Shown: positions 1 through 11,966, numbered from the stretch's first letter. The stretch is 64,000 nucleotides of DNA from Octopus bimaculoides (GCF_001194135.2 NC_068981.1:139499705-139563704); one strand, 5' to 3'. Program-made: numbers and translations. The notes: generated from the sequence alone by a model not told the origin.

Positions 1-1404
1 AAAATCCTTATTATTACATACTTATTTCTGAAATCCATTTTTCAAAAATATACTATAAATTATATCTCATTTGTGAAAAGAGAAGATATTTTTTGGTTAT
101 TTCTTCGTTGGATAGGATATTGAATAAGATAAATCTAAGATATATATAAACATAACATATTGCCTGTTGAAGTTTAAAGGCAAACTATTTTGAAATTATC
201 AGTAAGATGTATTTGTCTACTTAACGTGGTATTTCTATCTCAGAAGAACAGACTGATATGTTAGTTTCAAGTACAAAGTTCATGTTTTCTATACTTCTTT
301 GTTGATAAGACTTGAAATAGTGTTCCATCACAACGTTTCGGTCACTATAATCACTGTTTAAGAGCGAAAGGTTGACATCATCATAAAAAAGAATTATCGA
401 ACACATTTATTGTGTAAACATTCCTGTAGCCGATCGCAAACTTGGATGTCTGATCTGTACTAAAATAAATCTTCTGCTTTAGTCTTTCAGTGTTACGAAA
501 TAGAGATTTTGGGTCGAGTGTAAAAATATGTTTTGTATGAAACTGATAGAGATTATGAAATAATACATCGATCATTAGAACTAATTTCTGTTAGGTCAGC
601 TTTAATTTTCATCCTTGAATGATCTGAAGCATCACAGCTTAAAGACTTTTATCAACTCATTTTCATATGTTTTGAAAAGGAAAAGGTTTTAGATAATTAA
701 TATTTTGTTGTAAATCAGTGAAGAGGTAGAATCAGTTTGACACGACATAACTAGCCGTTAAGTGTTCGTTTTCTGTCCCGGCTTAGGTACTGCGGTGTTG
801 TGTTAGAGCCCAAGTCGTTTATCTTCCGATAACTCGGTTCTCCTGGATATGTTGTTATCGACTGATTTAGTATACTAATCGAAGAAATTCAGTCATAACG
901 ATCTAGTCTTTTTGTAACGACAGTCTGTATACAACTACGTTAGCTGATGTATCTTTCCTTCTTAGTGTTGTAAGATGCGATTTCTGATTATTTGAGGAGT
1001 TAGAGAAATCTCTTAAAAACCTCTTCGTAGGCTCCTTCTAATGATGTATATCTGCGGTAGGTGCTATATATGTGTCATCATTGTAAGCAGCGTTAGGAGT
1101 GGAAAATATATCAATTATCATAACTTGATACACATTTATCTTTCATCCATTTAACGTTGAATAAAATGGCGATAAACAATGAGCCAAAAGAATTCTTGGG
1201 ATGGATTAGAAACCAAATATTAGCTAAATTAAAATAGCATGTCATCACGAAAAATGTTAATTTTAATAAACGTTCTTTGCTTTCAGTTGTAACTTTATAT
1301 TAGTTAAATGCAACATTAGAGCTAGAAAATTTCAACATTTCTTGGCTTTAACTCTAGTTTCAAACTGGTTATTCTCAACATTCTTGTACATGAAATCATG
1401 CAGA

Positions 1405-1600
1405 CGTAGACTTGTAGGCAACTGTGTGGTTGTGTGATAAGGAGTTTGCTTCCCTATCACATGGTTCCGGGTTCAGTCCCATTGCCTGTCACCTTAGGCA
1501 AGTGTCTTCTACTATTGCTCCAGGCCGATCAAAACCATGTGAGTGGATTTGCTAGACAGAAGCCAAAAGGTGCTGATCACACACACACACACACACACGA

Positions 1601-1685
<85 letters not shown>

Positions 1686-1790
1686 AACACACACACACTG
1701 GTGTGTGTGTTTATACCACATTATCGCTTGTTACATAGCGGTTCGGTAAAATAGGTCGAGAAAATAAGTGCCAGGTTTAAAAATGGACAG
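1405..1790 (+). mobile_element. tRNA-derived SINE family A (CORE-like 'ccttaggcaagtg' domain, internal (CA)n)
   Basis: Head has a B-box-like ggttccgggttcagtccc, then caccttaggcaagtgtcttctacta, a (CA)n tract and the tail gcggttcgg...aaaataagtgccagg. Homologous copies lie at about 16610, 17010 and 18285. Confidence 0.8.
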
Positions 1791-1913
1791 AACAACTGAT
1801 GGGATCAGTAATGCGATATGGTTTTTCATAAAATGTGACTTTAAAAATTAAATAAAATATTTAAAAAATCGAATGAAATTAACAATACAGAGACAATACA
1901 AATGAAGCGATGA

Positions 1914-2687
1914 TCAGGCCACGCTCCGATCCCACAAGCCCCGATCTATCGCTAGTAACTTTTTTTGTTCTTTATGCAACTTATCTACTGTCAGTTTACA
2001 GGTAACCATCTTGTGGTCACTGTAGCTGACTAGAAAAAACTGTGGACACTTAGCAATGGACTTATCTGTTTCTCTAATTAAAATCCTATCTAGATATGTT
2101 CTGGAAGACCCGTCACTATTTGACCACGTCCACTGTGGAGTGTTTGGGTGTTCCAACTTATATGGATCTGCTAGCTGAAAGTGACTTAGCAGATCCTGTA
2201 AGCCTGGGTTACATTTTCTGTTCATGTTCGAACCAACACAATCTGTGTGTGCGTCACATATTGTGTTAAAGTCTCCTAACAATACTAGCGAATGTGACGT
2301 AGCCAGGAACTTACCCAAGTCATGAAAATATTCACTTTGCGGGCCCATAATGTTGGGTGCATAAATAGCGACTAGCCTGATTATCTTGCCACAACTGAAT
2401 GTCAGGTCAAGAACGACGAGCCTGCCTTCTGGGTCAGAAAAAAACCAACTTTTTCTCGGCTACCCGGCTTCTTTTTAGTAGGACCAACACCCACCTCCTG
2501 CCCAACTCGGAGAAACGTATTTCTCATAGTCGTTCAAGATGGGGAGCAGATCTCTTGGCCCCTTTACCCAGGTTTCCGTTGCAACAATCACATCCAATTT
2601 TCTTGACCTGATGTCATTTAGGAAGCGTCCTTGCTTCCAGCTAGACATCAGGCCACGAACATTTATACAACCAATATGAATAGACAT
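1914..2687 (-). pseudogene. LINE ORF2 APE endonuclease domain (one frameshift near 2475-2350)
   Basis: Motifs MSIHIGCINVRGL, DVIVATET, LVLLGDFN, WTWSN...YLDRILI and SYSDHKMV are the canonical APE/L1 endonuclease blocks. Confidence 0.9.
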
Positions 2688-2690
2688 GAC

Positions 2691-4656
2691 TTACCTGTTA
2701 ATCAGGGCTATCCGGTGGAGAGGGACCCTCCACCTTTTCTTGATACAGGGTCGGAGGTGGCAGGTCTTGGGAAATAGATTTATTAAAATCCCGTCTCATT
2801 ACCGACACAGAATTATCAGGTGGAGGAGGGTCTCCACCTTTTCCTCTTCTCGCGGGATCGGGGCTGGTAGTCCATTGAATATAGACTTATTAAAGTCCAG
2901 TCTCATTGATGATACTGTCTTACGATATTTGTTTTGTAAAATTCTATGAGTCTTATTTGAGATTTCATACACGTCATAATTGTAATATTTCTCCGAAAGG
3001 TTATCTATTTTTTTTGTTGTCTTAATTAATTGAATGTCTCTCATTAGCTCAGTATCTTTACTGTATACGGCTATTATGCCTTTTCCCTCTTTTTCTCTTC
3101 TGGCAGTCTTTTTTGGTCGTTGTTGTGTAGTAGTTGCCGTTCTCGGTTGAGTTGCTGATTGTATTTTTCTTTTGTTTGTTGTTTTCTTCTCATCTTTTTC
3201 TTCTTCCTCTTGTTCTTCTTTCTCCTCTTCCTCATTTTCCTTGCAGTTCCTTCGAATGTGGCCTAATTGGCCGCACAAAACCCATCGGGGTTTTCGGCCC
3301 TCAACAAACACCACGAGGGTCTCCTCCCCTATCTCAATCGTCTCGGGAATTGCTTCAATTATTTTAGGGTCAGCCTGGATGAGGAGACTAACTGTTTGGC
3401 CAGTCCAGTAAGCGTTTTCGGTAGCGGCAGTCTGGAGGAGGGTAATTTTCTCTTCCTCTTTGATTAGGACTGCCGACACCAACCACATAGGATCCACTTA
3501 CGGTGGGACCCTTGTGATTTTAATTCTGGATGTTCTCATCCCCATATAGGAGGGGATGAGCGCTACGTCGTCCGTTTTCAGTGTTTCTACAGAATGTATT
3601 TGAGCAATTTCTTTGTTGGTAAACCTTACTTCCACCGTACCAAATTTCCTGCCTCTTGTCAGATAAACTACGCCGCTCCAGATTGGCTTCAGGGACTTCT
3701 CTATTTTCTCTTCTGCAAATCTTTCGATTTTTCTTTTTTGTTAACAGTAAGTTTTAAATATTATTGTCTTCTGTTTTTCTTCTTGTATTAATTGCTCCGG
3801 TAGTTGTATTTTAACCGTGCAGGCGCAATGGCCCAGTGGTTAGGGCAGCGGACTCGCGGTCATAGAATCGCGGTTTCGATTCCCAGACCGGGCGTTGTGA
3901 GTGTTTATTGAGCGAAAAACACCTAAAGCTCCACGAGGCTCCGGCAGGGGATGGTGGCGAACCCTGCTGTACTCTTTCACCACAACTTTCTCTCACTCTT
4001 TCTTCCTGTTTCTGTTGTCCCTGTAATTCAAAGGGTCTGCCTTGTCACACTGTGTCACGCTGAATATCCCCGAGAACTACGTTAAGGGTACACATGTCTG
4101 TGGAGTGCTCAGCCACTTGCACGTTAATTTCACGAGCAGGCTGTTCCTTTGATCGGATCAACTGGAACCCTCGACGTCGTAAGCGACGAAGTGCCAACAA
4201 CAATATGTATTTTAACCACATTATCATTTATTTCCATTATTTCTCTATATTTCATAAAGTCACACTTGTTAGTCGAAAATAGACGTGTTCCACCCGCCGC
4301 TGCCAACGCAAAACGTTTTTTCCTTTTTTGGTTGCTAAGTCTGGATGCTACGTGCATCAAATATTCTTTTGGGCACAATACTTTTGTTTTTTTGGCAAAC
4401 TCGGGAATTCTCCCACTGAAAGTTCTGACGAGCTTTCAGAAATATCTCCAGATATTTCATACATTTTGTCCTATTTTTTTTGCAACGAAGGAATCAGAAA
4501 TTCCTTTTTCGGGGAATCTATTATTTCCTTGCTCGTAGTTGGCTCCTCGCCAGACAACATGAAATTCTTCTCTTCAACAGGAAAAATAGACATTTCTGAT
4601 CCACCGGTAGGCCTCTCACTAGACGACATTCTTCCCCCCAATGGGGGAATGAACAA
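2691..4656 (-). pseudogene. LINE ORF1 (gag-like nucleic-acid-binding protein), disrupted by stops, frameshifts and a SINE insertion
   Basis: VFVEGRKPRWVLCGQLGHIRRNC (degenerate CCHC) is followed by an E/K-rich tract. The frame joins across the SINE as MEINDNVVKI|QLPEQLIQEEKQK once one TSD copy is removed. Confidence 0.8.
3817..4205 (+). mobile_element. Young tRNA-derived SINE family C with 12-bp TSD
   Basis: A-box tggcccagtggttagg, B-box ggtttcgattccc, 3' stem-loop cgtcg-taag-cgacg and a (CAA) tail. TSD tgtattttaacc is at 3805-3816 and 4206-4217. Confidence 0.93.
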
Positions 4657-4835
4657 CGCGTGCTTTCAACAAGCACTTAGTGTTTTCAAATGTACACTCC
4701 AACAGCTACGAAATCCAAAAATTTAACAAACAGCAGTTATTAGAAACAGCAGTTATTATAAATAATAACACCAAGTGACAGCAATTTTTACCTCGAACAC
4801 ATGTGCGACGCGTAACAAACAAACAAAACTCACGG

Positions 4836-4895
4836 AGACGTGACACCGCTAATCATTTCGCCCGGCGTGCTAACGTTTCTGCCAGCTCGCCGCCT
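4836..4895 (-). mobile_element. Truncated head of SINE family B abutting the LINE 5' end
   Basis: Minus strand aggcggcgagctggcagaaacgttagcacgccgggcgaaatgattagcggt matches the heads of the full copies at 26.4-27.3 kb and 63.3 kb. Confidence 0.8.
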
Positions 4896-5711
4896 TTTTT
4901 GATATAGCCTATTGTCCCACAACTATATGAGATAATACCATGAAGAGTATAAAAAAGTTTATTTAGAGCTACAATGATATATTCATTAAAATAACTTGAT
5001 AATTTATCGATCTGATCTAAGTATACTCTTAAAAGAAACCAACTGTGAACCATTACTGGTATCAGTATATAATTGTGGAAATTGAAAACACACTACTACT
5101 GTCTTTGTTAAAGATGTAAACACTATATCCTTCTTCTTTATCCTCAAAAACACAAACCAATTTCCCCCGAACAAAACGAGTCAATATAACTTAAGGTTAG
5201 TTTATATATCGAGAAGCCGAATATGTAAACTGTTTTCGATTACCATGTCACTTACAACATTACTGCCCTTTAGATACCGGTTTCAGTTCCACTTCAATAA
5301 GCAATGTAAAGAAATGTGGTGCTATATAGGTTAAACAGTATGGATTCTGTAGCATTGGCTGTTAGTCACTCGCTACTCCAATAAAACTCGACTACACACA
5401 CATAAACCAATATTGGTAAAGTATTTTAGTCAATATCATATATCGAAGATCTAAGAATCTGCTCGTAAACCCAGCAAACTATATCTGATATTTAACATAG
5501 ACGAGAACCATAGAGTGGAAAGTAAACAGCTGACGAGATCAGAATGCCGTTCGATATCGATTACCAATTTTGAAAGACATGAATGTCTAAACATTCCACC
5601 ATCAATTACTAAAATTGTTATACCTACATGCGAAGTTAAAAAAAAGAACAAAAACCCCAACAAACATCGAAGTAATAGTTGCTTGATAAATAAATCCTAT
5701 TGGTTGTTGTT

Positions 5712-5880
5712 ATTGTTGTTTAGCCCCAGATAACCCCATGAGCATCATGTCATTTTCTATATGCAGGACTATATTGTCTAAAATATACTCTATATTTAAT
5801 AGTTCTTTTTTGAAAGAGATTTGATTGCTATCTCTAGAAGACTGAGTGGTCACCTACAAGCATCCTCGCTAGCTCGATAA
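5712..5880 (-). mobile_element. Degraded interspersed repeat, family E (tail ...ggggctaaacaac)
   Basis: ttgtttagccccag and gatttgattgctatctctagaag...gagtggtc are reverse-complement matches to segments at about 37560-37860, 59160-59300 and 59990-60030. Confidence 0.5.
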
Positions 5881-7944
5881 AATATGCGTTTCTTTCAACG
5901 GAATATGCTAATTTGTTTTTATAAAATACGTGAAAGGAGAGTGTATATAATGTGGTGTTGTTGAGTTTTTGCCCAAGCTGGTCAACTCATTTATTGATGG
6001 AGAAAGGGCATTATTTATGATTTTCTTTGTTCGTCATTTAGCATATTTTGATTATTAATTAGAACAAAGAGTTAAATTCTATGAAAATAATTATTAGACA
6101 ATATGTTGTTGCTAAAATATAGGACTTCAATATTTGTATAGGTATTACATACAAATTTCTGTATAATATATTTAACTAGAAATTTATATCAATGCCATAC
6201 TCGACACAAAGTAAGCCTTTAACAAAAGAAAATTGTCGATAAACCTGTGCGACGAACAAACATATCTCCTGGCATTTAAATATCCAATTGTAGCAAACAG
6301 TGCCTTGTGAATCTCACCATCGGAAATTCAGAGCAACAGTGAATTGGCAGCTGGAGCACTTCGCTGGTGCTAACTAACCTATATCTAACAACGCTAATGT
6401 TCAGAAAATGCATGATATAAAAAAATCCAAAACGGATAACTGTAGGCATAGCGTAGATTCATCTGTAGATTGGGAAGATATCTGACTTGTAATATGCTGG
6501 TACAGTATTAAACGTCACATGTTCTTCTTTCATTTGTCGTTAAAAATAGTTGACCTTTTACCCGACAAAAAGAATACAATACACTACACGAATATTTATA
6601 TAGACCTTTTTATAATTTTATAGTCAAAAGGGAACTCAGTGTCCAAGATTCATTATATAGCATCAAAGACTGGTGGGATGGAAGTAGGAAGGAGTTATCA
6701 TCGAACCAGAGACCTGATCCGAATGCTTGGAACAAAAGTAATCTCGATAAAGGTAATTAAGGGCCAAGTTGTTGTAGTCTGCCAATCTATCATCTATATA
6801 GACCATGGCGAGATTTGAACTCAGAAACGTAGCACAAGAACAAATATAATAAGAACCACAACGAAATTGGTCCGGCGGTTTCCGTCACTCATTTCTGCTC
6901 TGGAAAGATTAAAGCAACATTCAACTAAGCGGGATTTGAACTCAGAGCGCAGGAGGGAGAGTAAAAATTGAGGCAAGTTCCCAGTTACTTTTGCTGTTTA
7001 TTATTGTGCAGATCCAGATCAAATATGTGATACGGAAGATCAATGGTCAAAAACATTCCAAACTTGACCACCTCATTCTATTTTCTTAGGGACAATGCAC
7101 ATACTATCACATTACTTCATATATATTTCGAAGCAAAAGATCATAGTCTTTATTTGAAAGTGATTTAGCAGAATTATTTGGGAGATCGAACAATTTCGTA
7201 GACATTCGCTCTCCTTTTGACTTCTTGTTGTTGCCACTAAAAAAATCGTGAGCGCCAAGCATTCTCATTTCTCTTCTATACGCATACATATTTTATAGTT
7301 AAGTTTGAAATTAGTATTTATCTCGTTTAATTCATTGAATATGAAATATTACCCCATTTATTTCAATCGTTTTTTTCTTATGCTAGATGAATATGTCCCG
7401 AGCCTAATACTATCTCTTCTATCTTTATCAAAATTTTGTTGTGTAGTATCACTCTGCAATCTATAATTGTAAACCGAGAATGTTATTTCTTCCCTAACTA
7501 ACGATAATCGATGACAGCGATGTCAAATTTGATTTGCTACAGGCGCCCATGCTGTCCCAAACTAGCTTCATGCACTTTTGCATTGATTTCAATATATTTG
7601 CCTGATTATAATGCGTATTGGTAGGCGGAGACAAATATTGAATTCGATCTTGAACTGTTTTGTTTGTAAAGCTTAACGAAAAATGACAATCAAAAAATAA
7701 ACCTGATAATCAAGTATTTATTAAAAACTAACCATATAAAAAAGATACACCCCTTCACCCAATAGGTTTTTGATTATTATCTGTTGTTACTCATTGAAAT
7801 ATTCGGTTTATTTTCATAATCTATTAGAATCAAAACTAACTTTTCTCTTGGTAATTATTACTCTCCTCCTCCTCCTTTCGGTTATTGTAACATTTGCAGG
7901 ATTTTGACTTATAATTGTATAGTATATACATACATAAAAGGAGT

Positions 7945-8280
7945 AAAGACTCCCTTCAGTCACGAGTGGCTATGGGATCGCATCTAGAAAGTTCACCCCT
8001 GGGGCACAAGTGTTGGCAAAGTTGTTTTGGGGGAAGAATAGCAGTCGCCTGTGCATAGTAATCTCCCCACGAGACGCTACCGATGTCGTCCAAGAAAAAG
8101 GCAAAGACTGATACAACCAGGCACTAGTGACGTCGCAACTCATTTCTACAGTTGAGTGAAATGTAGTGACGTGAAATAAAGAGCTTTGCTCAAGAACACA
8201 ACATATAGACTGGTTCGGCAATCGAACTCACAACCTCACGATTGTAAGCACGATGCTCTAACTATTGAGTCATGCACCTT
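7945..8280 (-). mobile_element. tRNA-derived SINE family D (CORE/Meta-type central domain)
   Basis: The minus-strand head has B-box gagttcgattgcc, central gttcttgagcaaagctctttatttcacg, and the tail gtgactgaagggagtcttt. Confidence 0.8.
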
Positions 8281-8398
8281 CACATACATACACACAAACA
8301 TACATACATTTAGTTGTGTATATGTGCGTGTGAATCTATATACTAAGACTAGTGTAATTGACAATATATTGTCCCAATAATGAATGGTGGTCATTTTA

Positions 8399-8772
8399 GG
8401 GCGATCTTTCGATACTAGGCCGGAATATCGGCCTTTTCCGTAAAAAGTGTCTTCGGCGACCTTTACCAAAGATCGGCCTTTTCGGTAACACCCGCACGAT
8501 CTTCATTAGGGTGTTAGGGTTAGGGTTTTAGTGTTAGGGTTGGGGTTAGGGTTGATAGAGAGAGAGGGAGAGAGAGGGAGAGAAGGTATGTTTTTTTGCT
8601 TTTGCTTGTTGTTTGCTGCTTACCACTATCTATTTCTCTTAAGCCTAACCCTAAAACTAACCCTAGTGAAGATCGTGCGGGTGTTACGGAAAAGGCCTAT
8701 CTTTGGTAAAAATCGCCGAAGACACTTTTACGGAAAAGGCAGATATTTCGGCCTAGTATCGAAAGATCACCC
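8399..8772. mobile_element. MITE with ~130-bp TIRs, GGG...CCC termini, 6-bp TSD and subterminal TTAGGG arrays
   Basis: gggcgatctttcgatactaggccg... is mirrored by ...cggcctagtatcgaaagatcaccc. TSD atttta is at 8393-8398 and 8773-8778. ttaggg/ccctaa repeats lie at the inner end of each arm. Confidence 0.9.
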
Positions 8773-9839
8773 ATTTTAGTCAGGTATTTAAATTTGTGGG
8801 CGTTGTCTTAAATTATTGTTAAGAAAAATTAGATCCACCTACTAACTTCTTTCTCGTGGTATCTAATTACAACGATTAGTTTCTGGATGTCAATCATTAT
8901 AATAATATGTTTGCATTTTGTTTTTCGTATAGGCCAGATGAAATAAAGCACGGGTTAAGTGCTTTGATAAGATTATATTCCAAAAAGAATTCTGGATGAA
9001 GAACAGTAGACTAGTAAAATCGTTAGGACGTCAGACAACATGCCTTATATTTTTTTGGCTTATAATTTTGAGCTTAAAGTGAGTTGAGGCCAACTTTGCT
9101 ATTGATCCTCACTGGATCGATAAAATAATGAATCAGCCAAATAATGGGTCCAAATCAATGATCTTGCAAGGGAGAGCAGAACCGATTTCCTTGAACAACT
9201 AGATTTCCGACAACAAGTGAAATGATAGACCGATTGTAGTTACATTATTTTTATTTATCTGTAACACTTTATATGTTATAGTTAAAGTAGCATACACACA
9301 GCTTATCTTTCACTTATATACATCTATGATATCTCTCTAAAACAGACCCCATTCAAAGGGATTCTGTAAAATAAAAAGATGATTAACTGCTATAGATGTC
9401 AATGCAATTATAAGAAAGGAAAACTAAGAATGGTTAAAAATAAGTACCAGCTTTGTGCAATTTAGTGCAATAAAATGATTCAAACGACAATATTTGTCTC
9501 TTAAAAATGTTTGACTTTGTGTCAATATCATAAATAATTATTCTTATTGTTTGAAATAAATATATTGCAATGATTCGTAATTGGTTACTATTGTAACATA
9601 AATCAGGTGTTATGCTAATGTAATATATTAATGGTTTTAAACATTAGAAATGATAAAGAATAATGTATTCTAATATTTAGTTTCTTCGTGGGAAGTATTC
9701 TGAAAGAATCGCTACAATGAGGAACAAAAATACTTGGCTTATTTAGTTACATCCCTTTATGTTTTCAGCTCAAATCTTGCCGAGATCAACATTATCTTTT
9801 TTGTGTCAATAAAGTAAGCACGATTACTATACTGGAGTA

Positions 9840-10047
9840 AGGTGGCAAGCTGTCTGAATCGTTAGCACGCCGGTCAAAATGCTTAGCGGCATTTTGTCCG
9901 TCTTTACGTTATGAATTCAAACTCCGCCCAGGTCGAATTTGCCTTTCAGCATTTGGAGGTCGATAAAATAAGTACCAGATCACTGGGATCGATGTTACCG
10001 ACTTAGCCCACCCACGAAAAGTGCTGGCCTCGTTCAAAAATTTGAAA
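9840..10047 (+). mobile_element. SINE family B (tRNA head + Deu/Nin-like domain)
   Basis: Head ggtggcaagctgtctgaatcgttagc, then the domain ggtcgaatttgcctttcagc...ggtcgataaaataagtaccag. Confidence 0.8.
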
Positions 10048-10314
10048 TCGATTAATATACTGGAATCGATTTAATGGACTGAATCATCTTCTCAAGGTTT
10101 CCAGTCGTGTACCAGTACCCAAATTTACTAGTTTCTCCTCTTTAAATTTTAGAGAAGGTACCGGGTATATCATCTATGATCAGCAGTGAACAACTATCGA
10201 AATGTTTTGTCAGAAGATGATCCCACTTTTCAGACGCAGGCAAAACCATGTTGCTAAGAAGCTTACTTTGAAACTATACTGGTTCTATCAGTCCCCTTAT
10301 GAAGTTACCATAGT

Positions 10315-10672
10315 GTTGGCACTCCGTCGCTTACGACGTCGAGGGTTCCAGTTGATCCGATCAACGGAACAGCCTGCTCGTGAAATTAACGTGCAAGTGG
10401 CTGAGCACTCCACAGACATGTGTACCCTTAACGTAGTTCTCGGGGATATTCAGCGTGACAAGGCTGACCCTTTGAATTACAGAAACAGGAAGAAAGAGTA
10501 AGAGAAAGTTGTGGTGAAAGAGTACAGCAGGGTTCGCCACCATCCCCTGCCGGATCCTCGTGGGGCTTTAGGTGTTTTTTGCTCAATAAACACTCACAAC
10601 GCCCGGTCTGGGAATCGAAACCGCGATCCTATGACCGCGAGTCATAAGACCACTGGGCCATTGCGTCTCCAC
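10315..10672 (-). mobile_element. Young SINE family C, second copy, with TSD
   Basis: Near-identical reverse complement of 3817-4205. The TSD gaagttac(c)atagt is at 10301-10314 and 10673-10685. Confidence 0.92.
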
Positions 10673-10808
10673 GAAGTTACATAGTAACGTGCCGATAAAT
10701 TGTTTGTGATTGAATATGCCTTGTGTCTCCAAGCATTCTTGAGGCATGAAGACGCAAGCATACTTAGACTATATCTCTAATGTATGAAACTATTAGCAGT
10801 GTTCATTG

Positions 10809-10848
<40 letters not shown>

Positions 10849-10919
10849 CAAACTTAGGATTTTACCAATAGAACCGCAACTGCTATTTCAGGATAACATT
10901 ATTGTGTGGAAAACATATG

Positions 10920-11966
10920 GAAAGTTATATCCAATAAAAGTTATATCCAATAAAATAATATAAGAAGTTAAAAAAACCTACTATAAAATGCAATAAAATT
11001 ATTTGAAAACATATTTGAAGAAATATATAAAACTTACCTGTTATTAGTCTGTGGGTAAAGAAGATATTTCTAATCAACGCTACAGGTGTTTCAATTATAG
11101 CTAAATTTAAGAGTGTAATATATTTCGAATTATTACCTCCCCTTGAATTCAACCTTTCTAATATTATTAGTCTTATATAATTTTTCAGAGTATTTTATTT
11201 TATTTGTTATTCCCATAATACTTAGCGGATGGCAGAGGGAGCAGCCATTTACACAGCAACGAGAAGGAGTAAACATTATGTCGATAAGTATTCTTCCTTT
11301 GTTTATTTTTCACTAGAATTTTGCTACTATTTTTTTTTACTAGTTTTATTCAATAAATTTATAATGTGTATAGTGGTGTTTACTAAATAATCTTTTTAAA
11401 TACTATTAACTTACGTTTGACATTAAAAAAATGGTAATTTATACGTGTATTGATAAGGGTAAATCTTACACTAAATTATTAATTCCCGTTTATATAGATA
11501 GGTTGTTGGATTTGATATGTTTATAATATAGTCTTTGAAGATTTCCTTAGGTTTAGCATTTTCTATATATATCGGTATTGTAATTTAGGTGTTTAATTTT
11601 TTAATTCTTTTTAACCTTTAAAAATACATTTGTAATTTATATATTTTTATTATATTTTTATTCATATTCTTATTTTTCTCTTTAATATGATTTATAATAT
11701 GTATTTTTAGATTTGATCCGTTAATAATCATAACAATAAGATAAATAGCCTGAGGACGCCCTGGTGGATTTATGTATTAGGTATAGCCTTGATAAACACC
11801 CCACCAGCTCAGAAATACGTGTAACGCTGATTAGAAATATCTCTCCCCCCGACTAATAACAGGTAAGTTATATATATTTTTTCAAATATGTTTTCAAATA
11901 ATTTTATTGTATTTTATAGTAGGTTTTTTTAAAAATGCTTATATTATCTTATTGGATATAGCTTTC
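10920..11966 (+). mobile_element. Penelope-like (PLE) 3' fragment with an inverted partial pseudo-LTR
   Basis: Inverted repeat 10920-11084 / 11820-11966, including acttacctgttattagtc / gactaataacaggtaagt. HHR-like motif at 11745-11832. Degenerate peptide RMAEGAAIYTATRRSKHYVD (about 11226-11285) resembles a GIY-YIG C-terminus. Confidence 0.55.

Larger units (their letters stand above)
1860..4835 (-). mobile_element. L1/Tx1-like non-LTR retrotransposon: 5'UTR + ORF1 + APE endonuclease, reverse transcriptase absent
   Basis: The minus strand gives an ORF1 with a CCHC-like knuckle and an ORF2 start with APE endonuclease motifs. ORF1 stop TAA (2691-2693) lies 3 nt before the ORF2 ATG (2685-2687). 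No RT motifs follow the endonuclease. Confidence 0.85.

Noticed and set aside
221-575. Two short minus-strand ORFs in unique-looking DNA
   Set aside because: No recognisable motif, no convincing splice signals, and length expected by chance.
1434-1754. His/Thr- and Cys/Val-rich ORFs (also at about 12.0, 18.2, 21.5, 44.1 and 52.2 kb)
   Set aside because: They are translations of (CA)n/(TA)n microsatellites or run through N gaps.
3822-3900. tRNA gene (also the heads at about 8210-8280, 10600-10670 and 40860-40900)
   Set aside because: A/B boxes are present, but the cloverleaf is incomplete and the head is embedded in TSD-flanked repeats; these are SINE heads.
8505-8660. Interstitial telomere or chromosome-fusion site
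   Set aside because: The short degenerate TTAGGG tracts sit symmetrically inside MITE arms.
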